Assembly (NCBI GenBank): GCA_045837725.1 | Contig: JBEWZL010000124.1 | Location: forward strand, 434,001-498,000 | DNA from: Vermamoeba vermiformis | Lineage: Eukaryota | Direction of reading: 5' to 3' | Length of the DNA: 64,000 nt | The notes under the pieces: model-generated | The model's input: only the letters and a program-made list of their open reading frames with translations | What the model was told of the DNA's origin: nothing | The model's database searches: none | Translations under genes and position numbers: made by a program | Shown here: positions 31,347 through 44,456 of the stretch, piece after piece | Layout of the letters: every line of letters begins with the position of its first letter | Numbering within the stretch: the first letter of the stretch is position 1

Positions 31347-33736
31347 TTACAAAGCCTTGAACGAGAACAAGTGCTCGCGCTCTTTCTTGGCCTTGTTGTC
31401 TTCTTGCTTCTCGCGCACTTGCAAGATGATGATGACCACGCCGACTACTACGAGCCAGGCCACCACTGCAATCGCAATCCACGCCACGTAACTGCCGGGA
31501 CTGACATAGAGCTCAGCAGTCCAACTGTTAAATAACGGTTAGAAGTCTTATTGTGCATGTGAAACATCAGAGTGCACGTACGAAGTGGGTTCATCAGGTG
31601 GATAAGGAATAGTGACGACTTGACTGTTGGGAATGAGACCGCTCCAGAACATGGACGAGCCCTTGTCTTTGTTGCGCACGGAGACACCCATGTAGAGGTA
31701 GTCGACGTAGTTGCTGGGTCTGCCGAGACCGCCAAAGAAGTACGGAGGCTGCAGTGCCAAGTGCGAAGACTGCGTCAACTGTGACACTTGCACGACACGA
31801 CGAATGTTGTCGAGGTCCGTGGCAGTCCACTTGAAGATAGCACCGTGTTGATTCACACCGTAGGGCTTGGGGTCTGGTGTCGCACCATCGCACCAGTTCA
31901 TGCACACACCACTCAGGGCTGAACACGTGAGTTAGTAAGATGAACACCGTCACACTGTGCCTCGTGACCTACCGATCATCTTCAAGAAGTACGCGTCATT
32001 GTCGTAGTTGTTGAACAGCGCAGAAATGTTGCGTGTGACTGACGAGGCAGGGGCATCAGATTCAGCGAGCACGAGAATGTCATTGGTGCCGTCATCGTCC
32101 AAGTCAAAGAAGGCTGCAGCAAATGCACCGCGAAGGTTGACGAGTGCATTGGTGCCTTGAGTCAATTCAGTGAACGCACGACGCTTGGCACTGACAGCGG
32201 CGTCAACACACTTCAAGTCCCCAGTGCAGGGTACATTGTGATAGAGTGCAATCTGTTCTTGCATTAGTTACAGTGCCACTTATCTACGTCCTGGAAGTTC
32301 TTACGCGACGAGCACCAGAGCTCGGGTCGACAATGCTGATCAACAGATCGGGATAGCCGTCCAAGTCCACATCACCAACACGCACGACACGTGCGGGGAA
32401 GTGAGGCGAAGTAGAGAGCGGTGCTGCGAGGTCAATGACAGTGAGTGTGGCTGAGGGTGTGGCACTGATGTCTGACACGGCCCAGTTGTCATCAGCTTCG
32501 CAGAGTGACTCCAACGAGCGACAGTCTTTGGTCACATCAGTGGAGCACACGGGCTTTTGTTGATTGTACGCCACGATCAATTGCGTGCAGTTGGAGGTCG
32601 CGCAGTACGGGAAGAGAATGTCAGTGGTGCCATCACCGTCTACAGTTAGTTAGTGTACTAGTTCTAGAACTGATTGATTGTCACGCACCAAAATCAGCGA
32701 ATGAAGGACTGCCGAGGCCAGCGATGCCCTTGATGGTGCGGGCATGAGCGAATTGTTCGGGGCCGTTGATCCACACGTCATAGCTCACAACGCCGTCAGT
32801 GCCCTGTAAGAATGATGAATATGTGCCATTGGCTCAAGTGTTATGACGTACCACAATAGGGATGAACAAGTCAGGCATGCAGTCACCGTTCATATCAACG
32901 AAACCAATGGCAGATCCGCTAGCCAAAGTGAGTGGGGTCGCGAAGTCTTGCACGGTGAAGTTTGTTGCAGCGTCTTTGTTGTTCAACCAGATGGAGAGCT
33001 TAGTAGCGTTGTTGGCAGTATACGAGCCAATAAGATCGGGATACAAATCACCGTTGTAATCAATTACTGAGACTACATCCGCTGCACTGGGCAATTCAAT
33101 TCGGTCCGCTGAAATTACATAAATACGGGTTGTGTACATTATATTTGTACTTACTGAAGTGAGTCGTATTGCCAAAATATAAGAATAATCGTACGTTCTT
33201 GGCGCCAGTTTCAGCACCAGTTTGTACGAGCAGATCCAATCTACCATCGCGATTGAAATCAGTAGCAACAACATCGAGAATAGTTTGTGATCCTTCACTT
33301 GTAAATTGAGTGGTCGTCAATTGCTCGAATTGCCAGTTTGCTACAGAGAAATCTTAGATCGAATACAACAAAGGTATTAATTATGAATTTATTATTACCT
33401 GAATTCCAAAGCCAAAATGAGCCAGATGTGCGACTGGAATCGACAATAAAAATGTCTGAACTAAAATATGAAATTATTAATATTTTGCTGATTTTCGAAA
33501 ATTGAAAAAATAAAGGAAATAATTGCCGGACTGTGTACATACAATTTATCACTATTAAAATCTCCAAAATATGCAATGTGACCATTGGCATTTGCTAATC
33601 CAACATTATTAGGGATCTCCACCAATTGCGATCCTCGCGGCAATTGAGGCCGATTGCTGAATACAGGATTGAATGATATTCCTAATACAACCTCCACGAC
33701 AAGCAGTGTCGTGAGAAAATGAGCCAAGTGCTTCAT
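31347..33736 (-). CDS. ITFG1: T-cell immunomodulatory protein / LINKIN-like FG-GAP repeat membrane protein
   Basis: Signal peptide; repeated DFNSD, DFNRDGRLDL and GDVDLDGYPDL motifs; DAYFLKM, PYGVNQHG, GLGRPSNYVD, IPNSQVVTIPYP; C-terminal TM. Confidence 0.9.
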
Positions 33737-33996
33737 TGTGGTCGTATCTTTTTTGTATTTGACAAAGTGTTACACGGAACAAGACACAATAATAAAGTAC
33801 TCTAGACAAAAATTTAATTTCGAATGCCTCATTCTTGTGGCAAGTTTACTGCTCTTTGTGTATTACTGTCAGGTCTTACAACCATACACCGCACTTATTG
33901 TTATTCTTGTTACTGTAATCTACGGCAGCTTCAGAACGCAGCCTCAAAAGGCATCAACCATTGTCATCAACTCTCCTGTAGGTTTCACAGCTAGTT

Positions 33997-36526
33997 CTAA
34001 ATAGACACGTTTGCCAACAATGAGTTGCAAGTAGGACACAGATCTGGTTCAGCGATCCAATCGAAGTTGTTGTCTTTTTCATTACTCAATATCAATGCCT
34101 CTTGATTGCACGTTGCACACTTCAGTGTTCGTGTGGTGTCGATCATGATCATGGTCAAAGCACAGAATTGCAGTGGATGCGATGGATTGCGCGAACAATG
34201 ATCGCCGTTGGTGACTTGAGCTTGACAGAACGGACACAACAGCGCGGTGACTTGTTTCATCGATTGCAGAACCTTGTCGATGTTCGTGCGTTGTGCTTCG
34301 TCCAAGAAATTTCGTAGACGTGTCAACGAGGAAGCTTCGCGAGGAGTCGGGGATCTTTTCTTGGCCAAGAAGGTGTGAACTGCCCGTGTGGCATGGTCTT
34401 GCATGATTTGTAGTCCCAGCTGTGTAATGCGCGAATTGATATGTGGCAGCTGATCGTCGTTGGAGCCAAGCTTTGATTTGACCCAGCGATATAACACATA
34501 AGCGAGCTTGCTGGCCTTGATGCGCGTTTGAGTATTTGTATTGTTGGCGATGTAGCGCTCTTCAATGTGTTTCAACAGCTCGAGGCAGATCTGACTCTCT
34601 TTGTTGCTCAGCACGAGAATCAAGTCCCAATACGTGGCGGGGGGAGGTTGGTCTGATCACAAATCATCGATTAATACACCGTTGTTAATAAGTAGCAACA
34701 ACACTTACTGACAATAAAGTCGATGGTGTCCTCCAATGAGCGTCGCATTAGTCTCCACGAGGGACAGTGATGCAGCCGCGGATCTGTTGCTGAACATGCT
34801 CGTGCCCACTGTCTCGGCTGGTTTACTGCATCGAATGTTAGACCAGACTACAGTATGACAGTAACATACAAAGTGAGAATAGGTGCCACGAGACCGTTAG
34901 GTGACAGCGCCATGCCCATGACACCCCATTGCTGCGGAATGAAGTCCAAGGTGTTCAAATGCGACAGTTGACGAATGGTCTCAGTCTCCACTTCCATCAA
35001 CTCGTCTTGCGCGATGTTGTTGTTGTTGTTGCGCGGCAGATAGGTCCAAGACTTGATGATGGAGTCGAGGCCAGTCGTGAATATTATTTCACCACAGCTG
35101 CGCCATGCTATTTGCGTGATAGGCTTGGCGTGCACGACTGTTGGCTCTTGCGGCAGTTTACCATTCAAATCATACAACTCGAGCATGGTAGACTTGGCAA
35201 TGGCTAATATACCTTTCTGCATTCAATAGTGTTAGTCACGTGCATTGCAAATCTAAATGCCACGTACTTGTTTGGGAGCCCATGCCAGTGCTTGGACACG
35301 GTACATGTCATTCTCAGCCAGGTCTTTCACCGCTGACACGGTCGTTGGTTTCTTTGCATCTGTTTTCCACAATTTGACGCTGCCGTCTGCTGCACCCGTG
35401 GCTAAATACAACTCTTGGTTGTTCAATGTCCAGGCTGCGGCAGTGATCCAATCGCCGTGCGTTGCTTCAGCGACAAATGTCACGCTTGGTACATCTTCGT
35501 TCGGCTTTTCGGTGACTTTCCAAATATGGATTTCACCTACACGCGTACCCAGCACGACTAAAAATGATTCTTCACCATTATTGCTGATGACTGGCGAGCA
35601 AGCAATAGCTGCACAGACGATTAGCGTTGAAGATCAGACTGCGATGCTGACACGTACCTGATGGCACTAACTGCTCCATAATGTCGAGATATTCATTGAG
35701 ATCTACTTCATCTTGCTTTTCATGCTTCTTAAAATATTTTTCAACCAACAAGGCACCAAAATCTACGAGTGATCTATCACTGTTCATCTAACAATAGCAG
35801 CTCGTTATTACTTGCCATGCGACTGATGTCTAAAATAACCACTTACCATATATAGCAATACTCGTCCATCGGATTGCAGTGTCAGCAAATAACATTGGCG
35901 ACGCGGGCCAACTAATTCTGTACTGATCGATTGACTATAATGGTGTTATAATGATACTGGTATAATTCATAGCACGCCCTACGTACACAAATCGAGCTGG
36001 TTCATGAAATACTTTTTCTTTGCGTCTGCTTTTGCTGCTGCGAAAGATGTTTGTGGGGTGAGGACCGTCAGGCAACAGCATCAACTTCCAGAGATCTGAA
36101 CCCTCTACATCTGTATATAAAAGTCAGTATTATGCGGTGATATGCAGTGCCAGTGCTGTAGTACCTTTGCTAATGTCACCGACATCGATCGGATCTTTGA
36201 GTTGTTGTACTCGTAATAGTGTAGGTTTATCTAATAAATTTACCAGATTCTATTCAATACCAGGAGTTAATAAATGCAAATTTTAAGCTTAACACAGGTA
36301 CAGAAATATTTTCAGAATTTTTTTCGCTCCTTTAAATTAATGTCGTCACCAGTCGAAATTCTATAATTATTTACTCACACAACTATACTGTGGTGCATTA
36401 ATATAAATTACTTACGGAGATGCGCAACAATTGCCTGGTTGTAACGACCAAATCTCCCTTCGGTGACAGATGCAGCGCTTGATAAAATTCTGCAGGTGAT
36501 TTGATAGCAACAGAAGTGCCTAGCAT
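33997..36526 (-). CDS. GTF3C4: WD40 protein with C-terminal Zn-finger, TFIIIC subunit 4 (tau60/Sfc9)-like
   Basis: WD repeats (LATGAADGSVKLW); C-terminal CPFC...C..H...C...CATC...CPTC cluster resembling the TFIIIC zinc finger. Confidence 0.6.
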
Positions 36527-36664
36527 CGTTGTGTTCCACTAATATGTATCTAATTTAATACGCACTTAGCTGTTGTTCACTAGGTCATAAAAATTTGCAA
36601 CTGTTTTCTCCGCCTTTGTTTTGTTTTACGCTGCATACGACCACGGATCGTTTATAAAACAGCA

Positions 36665-38264
36665 ATGGAATTGATTATTGATCACTCAGTAGACTCCCTT
36701 GCCTTGGCTCTCTTGGCTCTTTACGTTCAAAAGCAAGCCAAGACTGCCATCGAAGTGACTGTATTCAGCCGCGAACAATGGGACCTCTTGAAGCAATCAC
36801 CACAATTCAGTTATTATCTCAAGCTCAATTCTAAGGGCGAGACACCCTTCTTAGTCAATAAGACCACCAAGCAAGTCGTGATCGGACCCAAGGACGTGCA
36901 AGCTGCTATTATCGCTGCCGCTCCTTCAGCCAACCAATTATTTACCGATAAAAAAGAAGTACGTATAATTATAATTAATACTAAAGATGGCCATTTACAC
37001 AGCAGCGAGGATATTTTAATTATTATTTTATTAGATCACAAAAATGATCATTATTTCTTTGGGTTATTATCAATTATTATTTATTCGCATAGCGTATAGC
37101 ACCCCATATAAAATAATATTCATAATTAATTTTGCTAATTTTCTCAGATCGACACTTTTGTCACTGTTGCATCCACCGAGCTCAATGCCACTGAACAACA
37201 AAAGCTCTTGCCCGCATTGAACAAGTTGAACAAGATGATCTCCACTGTTGTATTTGCCGCTAACAACCGCCTCTCATGGGCTGATCTCGTTCTGTTCGCC
37301 GCTCTGCAATCAAAGATCGCTTCTTGGTCTGAATCCGATCGCACTCACTTCGTGCACTTGTGCCGCTGGTTCGACAACATTCAACACTTGCCTCAACTCG
37401 AGGACTGGTTGCGCAAGGTCCATTTGTTCGTTGAATTGAAGCGCAACATTGGCAAGCACCACGTCGAAGAAAAGAAGCCTGCCGCCAAAGAGGACAAGCC
37501 TGCCGCGCAACAAGGCGAGAAGAAACAACAAGCCAAGCCCGAGGCCAAGGCTGACGACAAGAAAGCCGCTCAAGGCAAGAAACAACAGCAACAGCCCCAA
37601 GAGAAGAAGGAGAAGGCCAAGCCTGCAGCCAAAGCAGCAGCCAAGGCCGATGACCGTCCAGTCGACGTGTCACTCTTGGACTTGCGTGTCGGTCACATCA
37701 TCAAGTGCGAGCGTGTGCCCAACACCGAGAAGTTGTACATTTCACAGATCAATGTTGGCGAGGAGAAGCCGCGCAGTGTTGTGTCAGGCTTGGCTTTGAA
37801 CATCCCCATCGATGAGATGCAAAACAGACTTGTTGGTGAGTAGCTAGTCCACGTACATTAGTGTGCATTCGTGAACTAATCTCGTATTTAGTTGTTGTGT
37901 GCAACTTGAAGCCCGCCAAGTTGGGAGGTGTGGTCTCTGAAGGCATGGTGATTGCAGCCAGCAACGATGATCACAGCAAGGTTGAGATCTTGGACCCTCC
38001 TGGTACGTACTTTGGTTTGACTGTTTGAGCGGCGCTAATCGTGCTTGCACAGCTGGTGCCAAGGCCGGTGAGAGAATTAAGTTCGAAGGCTACAATGGTG
38101 AGCCTGAGGCTGAATTGAACCCCAAGAAGAAAGTGTTGGAGACTGTCAAGCCCGATCTGTCAACCAACGCCGAGTGCATTGGTGTCTACAAGGGCACTGC
38201 TCAGTTCATGACCACTTCTGGTCCTTGCCGCGTCAAGTCCTTGGCGAACTGCAAGCTCGGATAA
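36665..38264 (+). CDS. AIMP1: Arc1p/AIMP1-like aminoacyl-tRNA synthetase cofactor (GST_C, Lys-rich linker, OB tRNA-binding domain)
   Basis: HLCRWFDNIQH (GST-like); LDLRVGHI, PRSVVSGL, CNLKPAKLGGVVSEGMV, LNPKKKV. Confidence 0.9.
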
Positions 38265-38394
38265 ATCAGTCCGGTGTCATTTGTGCGAATAAACACGATA
38301 TTGAAAAATCACTCTGGTCGACACCCGCTTAAGATAATTACATGTTTATTTTACAATGACCTCGCTACACGCTCAGCTAATGTTGATTTTGTTT

Positions 38395-40987
38395 TTAATC
38401 TTGTTTCTCCTCCCCTGCGTCAGACTCAGCCCCAGTGCTTGCTCTAAACGCTGATCTGATCTGACTTTGTATTTCCAAGTTCTCGTTGGCTTGCAAGTTC
38501 GGAGTGTCTTCCATAACATCATCTGCCGCTATACTCTCAGTGCTGGCTAGCAGTGACGTTGTGCTATTATTGTTGTTATTATTGTCATTTTCAACGCTGT
38601 TAGTACTTGCTGCCAAATTATTGCGATCTTTTTTACTGCCACGAGGTCTGCCCACTTTACCCTTAGGCTTCTTGGGCTGAGCTGTTTCTGTCTGACTGTT
38701 GTTGCCATTGACGTGATTGTCCTTGTTAGCTGATGTTCGGCGACGTCGTCCAGTGTCTTCTACCTCCGTCACTTCAGCACCTTGCATGTAGATGTTGATG
38801 CGCGCGTCATCAGCACACGTGAACAACAAGGGCTTGTAGGGATGGAACAGCACGTCACGGACAGCATTGCCGTAATCTTGAGGCACTATTAGTCTCTGAT
38901 TTGCGTGGATAAAGCATTGTTGTGGTCATACCGTGATCAGAAAGAACGCCTGAAAGTCCACCGGTCAACAAGTTCCAAATGAATACTTTGCCGTCAGAAG
39001 TCGGGGCCAAGAGGTAACGACCATTCGTGGCAATCTTCACGGGCCAGATATTTGATTTGTAACTAAATAAAGTTGAGTATTACGGTCAATAGGTCACCTC
39101 AATGAACTTACGCTTCGTGCTCGAATGTGTACAATAAACTGAGTTGGAATTTGCCTTCAGGCGAGTCAGGGATAGTCAACTTGCGGATGTGACATGTGTT
39201 GGGCTTGTCAGCTGTTTTAAGTGTTAGAGATGAGTCCTTTTTCTATAGACACGATATCAAGACACTTACTTGTTTGTTTACTGTCATCGCTCACCAACTC
39301 CGAGCCACGAGTCAACAGATAATATTCACCATTGACTGCACGCACAAACTTGACGCAGTCACAATATGAAGTGTAGACGTCGGGGAATGATTGCACCATC
39401 TAACATGTACGATTAGGCTGAGCTAAATAGAGCACAATAGCAGACACTACGTACCACTTCCTCTTCAAAGTCAAACACCTTGATGCAGTCGTCACCACCA
39501 ATCACAAAGAACTTGTTGCCAGTGTCGGGTACAAATGCAATGGACAAGACGACGTTAGTGGAGAGGTCGTTGAAGAGCTGATGGGACTCGCATTTGGACC
39601 AATCAGCGCTCATCTTCCACTTGATCAGACGACCGTCATTGGAGCCTGTGAGAATGTAGTTGTGTTTGTCGAAAGTCACCAATTTGAGTGCAATGATCTC
39701 TTCTTCGTGTCCGTTCAACTTCAACAACATCTGGCCAGTCGCGAGGTCAAATATCTTCACGGGACTGGGCTCTACTTTGCAGTCATCATCGGCCTCAGAA
39801 AACACGTGTCGGTTCTTCAGTGTGCCGGCCACAATGATCTTGCTGTCGTCAGGAGTGAACTGCAGGGTCCAAAACTCTTCAATCTCTGGCTCTTGTTCGT
39901 CGCGCAGAGTTCTCAAACACTTGCCCGTGTCGATCTGGATTACGCACGTTAGATGAAATCACCGCAATGCTGATTACTTGATCTTACATCAAAGACTTGG
40001 ACAATGCCTAGGGTAGTAGCCGCTGCGATCATAGTACCGTCGTGTGACAGAGCCATGCTATAAATCGGGGCTGAAAAAAGACGGAAATTAGAACTGAAAA
40101 GAATTTCATTTTTTGCTTGTGTTTGCGACCACAGATCATTCTCGCGCAATACGCACCTTTTGTCACCAACTTGGTGGGCAACAAGCGGAGAGGATGGTCT
40201 TTGTTAATCAAGTCAATGGCGGGGTAGCTCGTCCAATATTCATCTGGATACATTGAAGCTAACTCAGCGACGCGCAGTGGTGCATATTCATAACGTTTAA
40301 TAGGGCGCGCAGGAGAGCTCTTTTCGTCGTCTTTGCCCTTGGAATTTCTCTTCTTCGTGGTTTTCTTCTGCAAATAATTATTAAATTAGAAATTGAATAT
40401 CCGGATAGCTGGATGGATCAATTAAGATGCGAAGAATATGGAAATTCAAATATATCATGGAAATTATAGTATCAAAAGCGCGCCAAAATAGCACAACCCT
40501 TTAGATCCGGATAGAGCACCTAGGCTTATTACGTCTTATATTTGCGTGCACAAGGTAAAGCGTAAGCTAGTTTAGTCATGAAAAGTCTAAATTGAGCAAA
40601 AATTTACGTCTAACGCTCGGATTAATTTAGCTGTAAAATCTTGGGTTGGATATCGTTTTAATAATGCGTTATAGAAATAATAATGCCAAAGCACCATAAA
40701 ATAATATGTAATGATATGCTACGAGGGTTATGATGTGCGTTTAGTTACCTTTGTAGTCGATTTAGGTGATCCGCTTGGAGCTTTTTTCTGCTTCTTTTCG
40801 ACTTCCATCATCACTGCACGGTAGTAAATATTAATAAGCAATTATTCTAGGGTGTAAGATGAATATTGGTTGACTTTTGATACCCACCAGTTGCATCAGA
40901 TACCTCACCAAGGAGGAACTTTGGCTTGGTTTTAGCACGGCTTGATCGTCTAACAATTCCGTCCTCAGTAATGACTTCTTCCGACAT
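38395..40987 (-). CDS. WD40-repeat protein with C-terminal AT-hook (EED/ESC-like features)
   Basis: WD repeats (GHEEEI, TGSNDGRLIKW, DGKVFIWNL, TCADDARINIY); KVGRPRGS AT-hook. Confidence 0.75.
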
Positions 40988-41125
40988 GATTGAGTGCTAT
41001 TATGTATCTTTGAATAAGGAATAAAGTCAAATAACGAAACATCCCGAGCTACATTTTTGGCGCCAAACCAAAAGAGGACCTCGCTGGTCGTGTTTAGTCA
41101 ACAACAAGTGAGAGACACAAGTACC

Positions 41126-41599
41126 ATGACTCAACAAGCAGGTGCTAAAGATAAATTGTACTTCAACGTGCTAGAAAAGGAAGTGACATTGAAGGATCTA
41201 GACAACAAGGTGCGTGACTTCACAGAAGCTCGATCTGGACTCAATTAACTTATAAAATTCATTTAATATTAGATTAAAGTTCTTACGGTCGAAAACTCTG
41301 AGTTGCAGTCCTTAAAGTCGGATAGGGTAAGAATATTTTAAAATAAATGTCAGAAAAATTAGACGATGCATTAACTTCATCATTTTGTAGAAAGTGTACA
41401 TGAAGCGATCGAATATATTATTTTTGGCTGATCCTAAACAAGGAGCAAAAGAAAAAGCTGGTACGTGCCCCATGCAGATCCCGAACTTTTTTCGCTGTAT
41501 TTAACAATATTCACAGACGAATTACAAAAGACAAAGCAAGAGAGAGAAAGGGTTGTATTTCAAATTCAAAAAGACAGCGAGACAATACGGAAATTGTAA
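41126..41599 (+). CDS. ASDURF: ASDURF-like beta-prefoldin microprotein, 96 aa, 4 exons
   Basis: Exons 41126-41209, 41273-41326, 41391-41460, 41517-41599 give ...NKIKVLTVENSELQSLKSDRKVYMKRSNILFLADPK...DELQK, resembling the ASDURF core as I recall it. Confidence 0.75.
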
Positions 41600-41664
41600 A
41601 TAGAAAAGTTGCCAACAAATGTAAATAGCGAAATTAGACAGATCTGCACACGATTATAGACAGT

Positions 41665-44330
41665 TTATTTACGTGTTCGCATGAGCTCTTTGAACTCACC
41701 AATGAGCTCGTCAACTGTTTTAAGACCGTGCACTGTACCATCACGAGTACGCACGTTGACTTTCTGCGCACTGACTTCTTCCTCACCAATCACAATGATG
41801 TAGTTGTATTGTTGTGTTTGACCGCCCCTGTGCGCGAGTAAGAACAACAGTTTAATATCAATTGTTAAAGACATTACCTGATCTTCTTGGGCAGTGTCTC
41901 GTCTGACTTAACAAAGTCCACGTAAAACTTTTCTTGCTTCAGCGCATCGGTCACTTGTTGTGCGTAGTCGTTGAACTTGTCCGAGACCGTGCAAATCAAG
42001 CCTAAAGATGCGCGTTAGAACATAGCAATCTAAGTGGGTCTGTGCGTACATTGACGAGGGCTGAGCCAGAAGGGCCATTTTCCGGCAGTGTGTTCGATTA
42101 AAATTGCAAACATTCGTTCCACTGAGCCTAAAATAGCGCGGTGAATGATGACTGGTGTCTTCTCTTGGCCATCAGAGTCGACGTATTTCAAGTCGAATCG
42201 ACGAGGCAACTGGAAGTCCAATTGAATGGTGGCACATTGATGCTTGCGGTTCAACACGTCGCTTAAAATGACATCAATCTTCGGGCCGTAAAATGCACCG
42301 TCGCCCTGCATTGATTTGATAATTGATGCCTCGCTTTTCGAGACAGTCTGCAAGTGCCTTTTCAGCTTGGTTCCAGGTCTCAATGTCACCCATGTACTTC
42401 TCTGGGCGTGTGGACAACAGCACTTGATATGTGAAGCCGAGTGTCGTGTAGATGTGATGCAGCATGTCAATCACATTGTCAATCTCAGTGCTGATCTGTT
42501 CGGGCATGCAAAAGATGTGGCCGTCGTCTTGTGAGAATCGTCTGACACGTGTCAAACCTGTCAAAGCACCCGTCTTTTCATTTCGGTGCAGCGGTGAAAA
42601 GTCAGCGAGTCTAATGGGCAGATCTTTGTACGAGGGGCGCATTTGATCGAACACCAGACAGTGACCAGGGCAGTTCATTGGCTTGAGTCCGAGCTCTTCT
42701 TTGTGCTCGTGCTCATGGGCGTGGTTGTGCTCTTGATTGTGATCGTGGGGCTGTGGCTCAGTGTTAAAATCCTCGCCTGGTGTAACGAGGAACATGTTCT
42801 CTTTGTAGTGTTGCCAGTGACCGCTCTGGACAATGATTAGCACAGTAACAATAACAATAGGACTATATTCTTACTTGTTCCCACAACTTCTTATCGAACA
42901 ACAATGGCGTGATAACTTCTTGATAACCACGTGTCAAATACTCGTTGCGCAAGAACTCAACGAGTTTGTTATAAATGCGTGTGCCGTGCGGTAAAAAGAA
43001 CGCGCTGAAAATAGCTATTAGTCTTCAAGCGTGCGACGTATTTGTATTTGCATACCTGCCAGGACTCAAGCTTGAAAACATTAGCAATTTTTGACTCTTG
43101 CCCACGACACGGTGATCACGCTTTTGAATCTCTTCGCGAATTCGCTTCCAATCTGCCAACATGTTCTTGTCGGGGAATGAAATGCCGTACATGCGCTGCA
43201 GAGGCAGGCCATTAGGATCACCCAAATAATAAGCACTCGAGGTCTTAGTGACATTGAATGCCTTGACAATGGCGGTGTTGGAGATGTGAGGACCGCGACA
43301 GAGATCAATAAATGTGCCGCTCTTGTACACGGTGATGGGCTCGTCAGCGGGGATGTGATGCAACAGATCGACTTTGAACGGGTTGTAGCCGAACATTTTC
43401 ATCGCAAAGTCTTTGCTCACCAACATGCGCTCGAATGGGTGGCCTTTCTTCACCGCTCGTCGCACAATCTCTTCGATGTTCGCGTAGTCCTCGGCATTGA
43501 CACTCATCGCCTTGTCGCCCAATTGAAATTCGTAGAAAAATCCACCGCCGTGCTGATCTTCACTGGACAGCGCTGGTCCGTCGCAGAGATGAATGTTTTT
43601 GTAGTGTTCTTCAACTGCTTGGCCCAACAAATGCGCGGATGAGTGCCAGAATGTATTTTGACCTTCCTTTGAGTCAAAATCAAATACTTCGAGCTCGCAA
43701 TTAAATTCGAGGGGCCGTGACATGTCCCACAGCTGTTTGTGGCCTGTACTCGGATCCGTTACGCGAGCAATCACGAGAGGTTGCGCTGGCTTGTATTCTA
43801 AGGATATTCATTAGATGCTTCATATTTAATATTTTTCTCGTACTTCCTACGAGTTGCCACGGTGTTGTTTGATTTTTGGTGGCGCGAATTGGATCTAGAC
43901 TTTGACCAGGGACATTCTTGACGATAATATCGATGGACTGTGGTGAATATTTAATAGAGTCTTCTTGTTTTAGTTTGTCTTGACGAGATTTCTCTTCTTG
44001 CCAGAGTTTCAAGCGATGTTCAATGTACTCGGGAAGTGGATCTGAACCAGTCACAAATTGTCAACGTAAGTAATAGTTAAAAGAGCTATATAAAATTATT
44101 GGTAATCTATTGAGCACGCGAATATGAATTTGAGACGTGTCATGAACAAGGTGAAGTCATTTTCTTGAAATTAATTAAAATATCTTACCTGACTGTCGAT
44201 TCTCTGATGAATATCTTCTATTAGTAATTATGAATACGCTGCTCTTTTTTAAGGAATTATTATCTCGAGTGATAGAGCAGAAACCAGATCTACAGCTTGA
44301 TCTCACTGAGCTTTGCAGTGCTCGCAGCAT
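41665..44330 (-). CDS. TARS: Threonyl-tRNA synthetase with mitochondrial-type presequence; one apparent +1 frameshift
   Basis: [70 protein letters not shown]; first exon [12 protein letters not shown]. Confidence 0.93.
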
Positions 44331-44456
44331 TTTTTCTTAGCGCACCTTGATATGACCGAAAAATATTATTTTGCTACGAAGGTGCGCTGCTGTTGATAAA
44401 TCTTTTCAAAATGAAAAATTTTTATTTTGCACGCAAGATCCCGATCGCGACCACAG

